A DNA stretch of 62,381 bases, filler included, from Dugesia japonica (taxonomy: Eukaryota): the NCBI GenBank assembly GCA_001938525.1. It is 5 parts of 5 records of this genome, joined end to end, with 100 filler letters (N's around TTAATTAATTAA, not from the genome) between each part and the next. Parts side by side here need not be neighbours in the genome. Positions count along the whole stretch, not along the records: positions 47,312 to 62,381 come from MQRL01281750.1; 4 more parts are not named here. One strand, written 5' to 3'. Of the stretch, positions 62,283 to 62,381 are shown piece by piece. A program made the position numbers and the translations under genes. A model generated the notes under the pieces. It made no database searches. It was not told the DNA's origin and was given only the letters and a program-made list of their open reading frames with translations. Every line of letters starts with the position of its first letter. Within the stretch, counting starts at the first letter, position 1.

Positions 62283-62381
62283 TTAAATTATTATTATCAT
62301 TATTATCATTGTTGGGTTGCTAGGCTTTTTGATGTTATTTTATTTCTGATTAATTCGATCTTTGATTTTTAAATTGCTTTT

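Noticed and set aside
1-62381. A single physical cluster of Polintons and retroelements
   Set aside because: Four identical artificial linkers show five independent scaffolds; adjacency across them means nothing
62310-62381. Another LTR starting TGTTGGG at the window end
   Set aside because: Only about 8 nt match the solo LTR end and the window stops; cannot be supported

Overview
AT-rich eukaryotic (probably invertebrate) genomic DNA. It is not one locus: five scaffolds (1-18029, 18130-26614, 26715-37027, 37128-47211, 47312-62381) are joined by artificial N44-TTAATTAATTAA-N44 linkers. The main content is endogenous Polinton/Maverick (adintovirus-like) DNA viruses. Element A (47312-58883) is near complete: pPolB, 2-TM protein, fibre-like protein, adenain protease, minor capsid, pX-like core protein, packaging ATPase, PLA2-integrase fusion and major capsid. 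It ends in a ...CTACT terminus inserted into the polB of a related Polinton B, which is further interrupted by a solo LTR. A relative, element C (26715-37027), has a rearranged gene order. Decayed fragments of a different Maverick lineage lie at 2.0-4.7 kb. Also present: a Ty3/Gypsy element with about 3.3 kb of extra 3' ORFs including an env-like type I membrane protein, two further Gypsy remnants, Penelope, mariner and Tigger remnants, and minisatellites. Best leads: the conserved PLA2-integrase polyprotein with a putative protease site, the Polinton-in-Polinton nesting, element-specific DNA motifs written into coding regions, and the env-bearing Gypsy. All assignments come from motifs read by eye; no searches were run.
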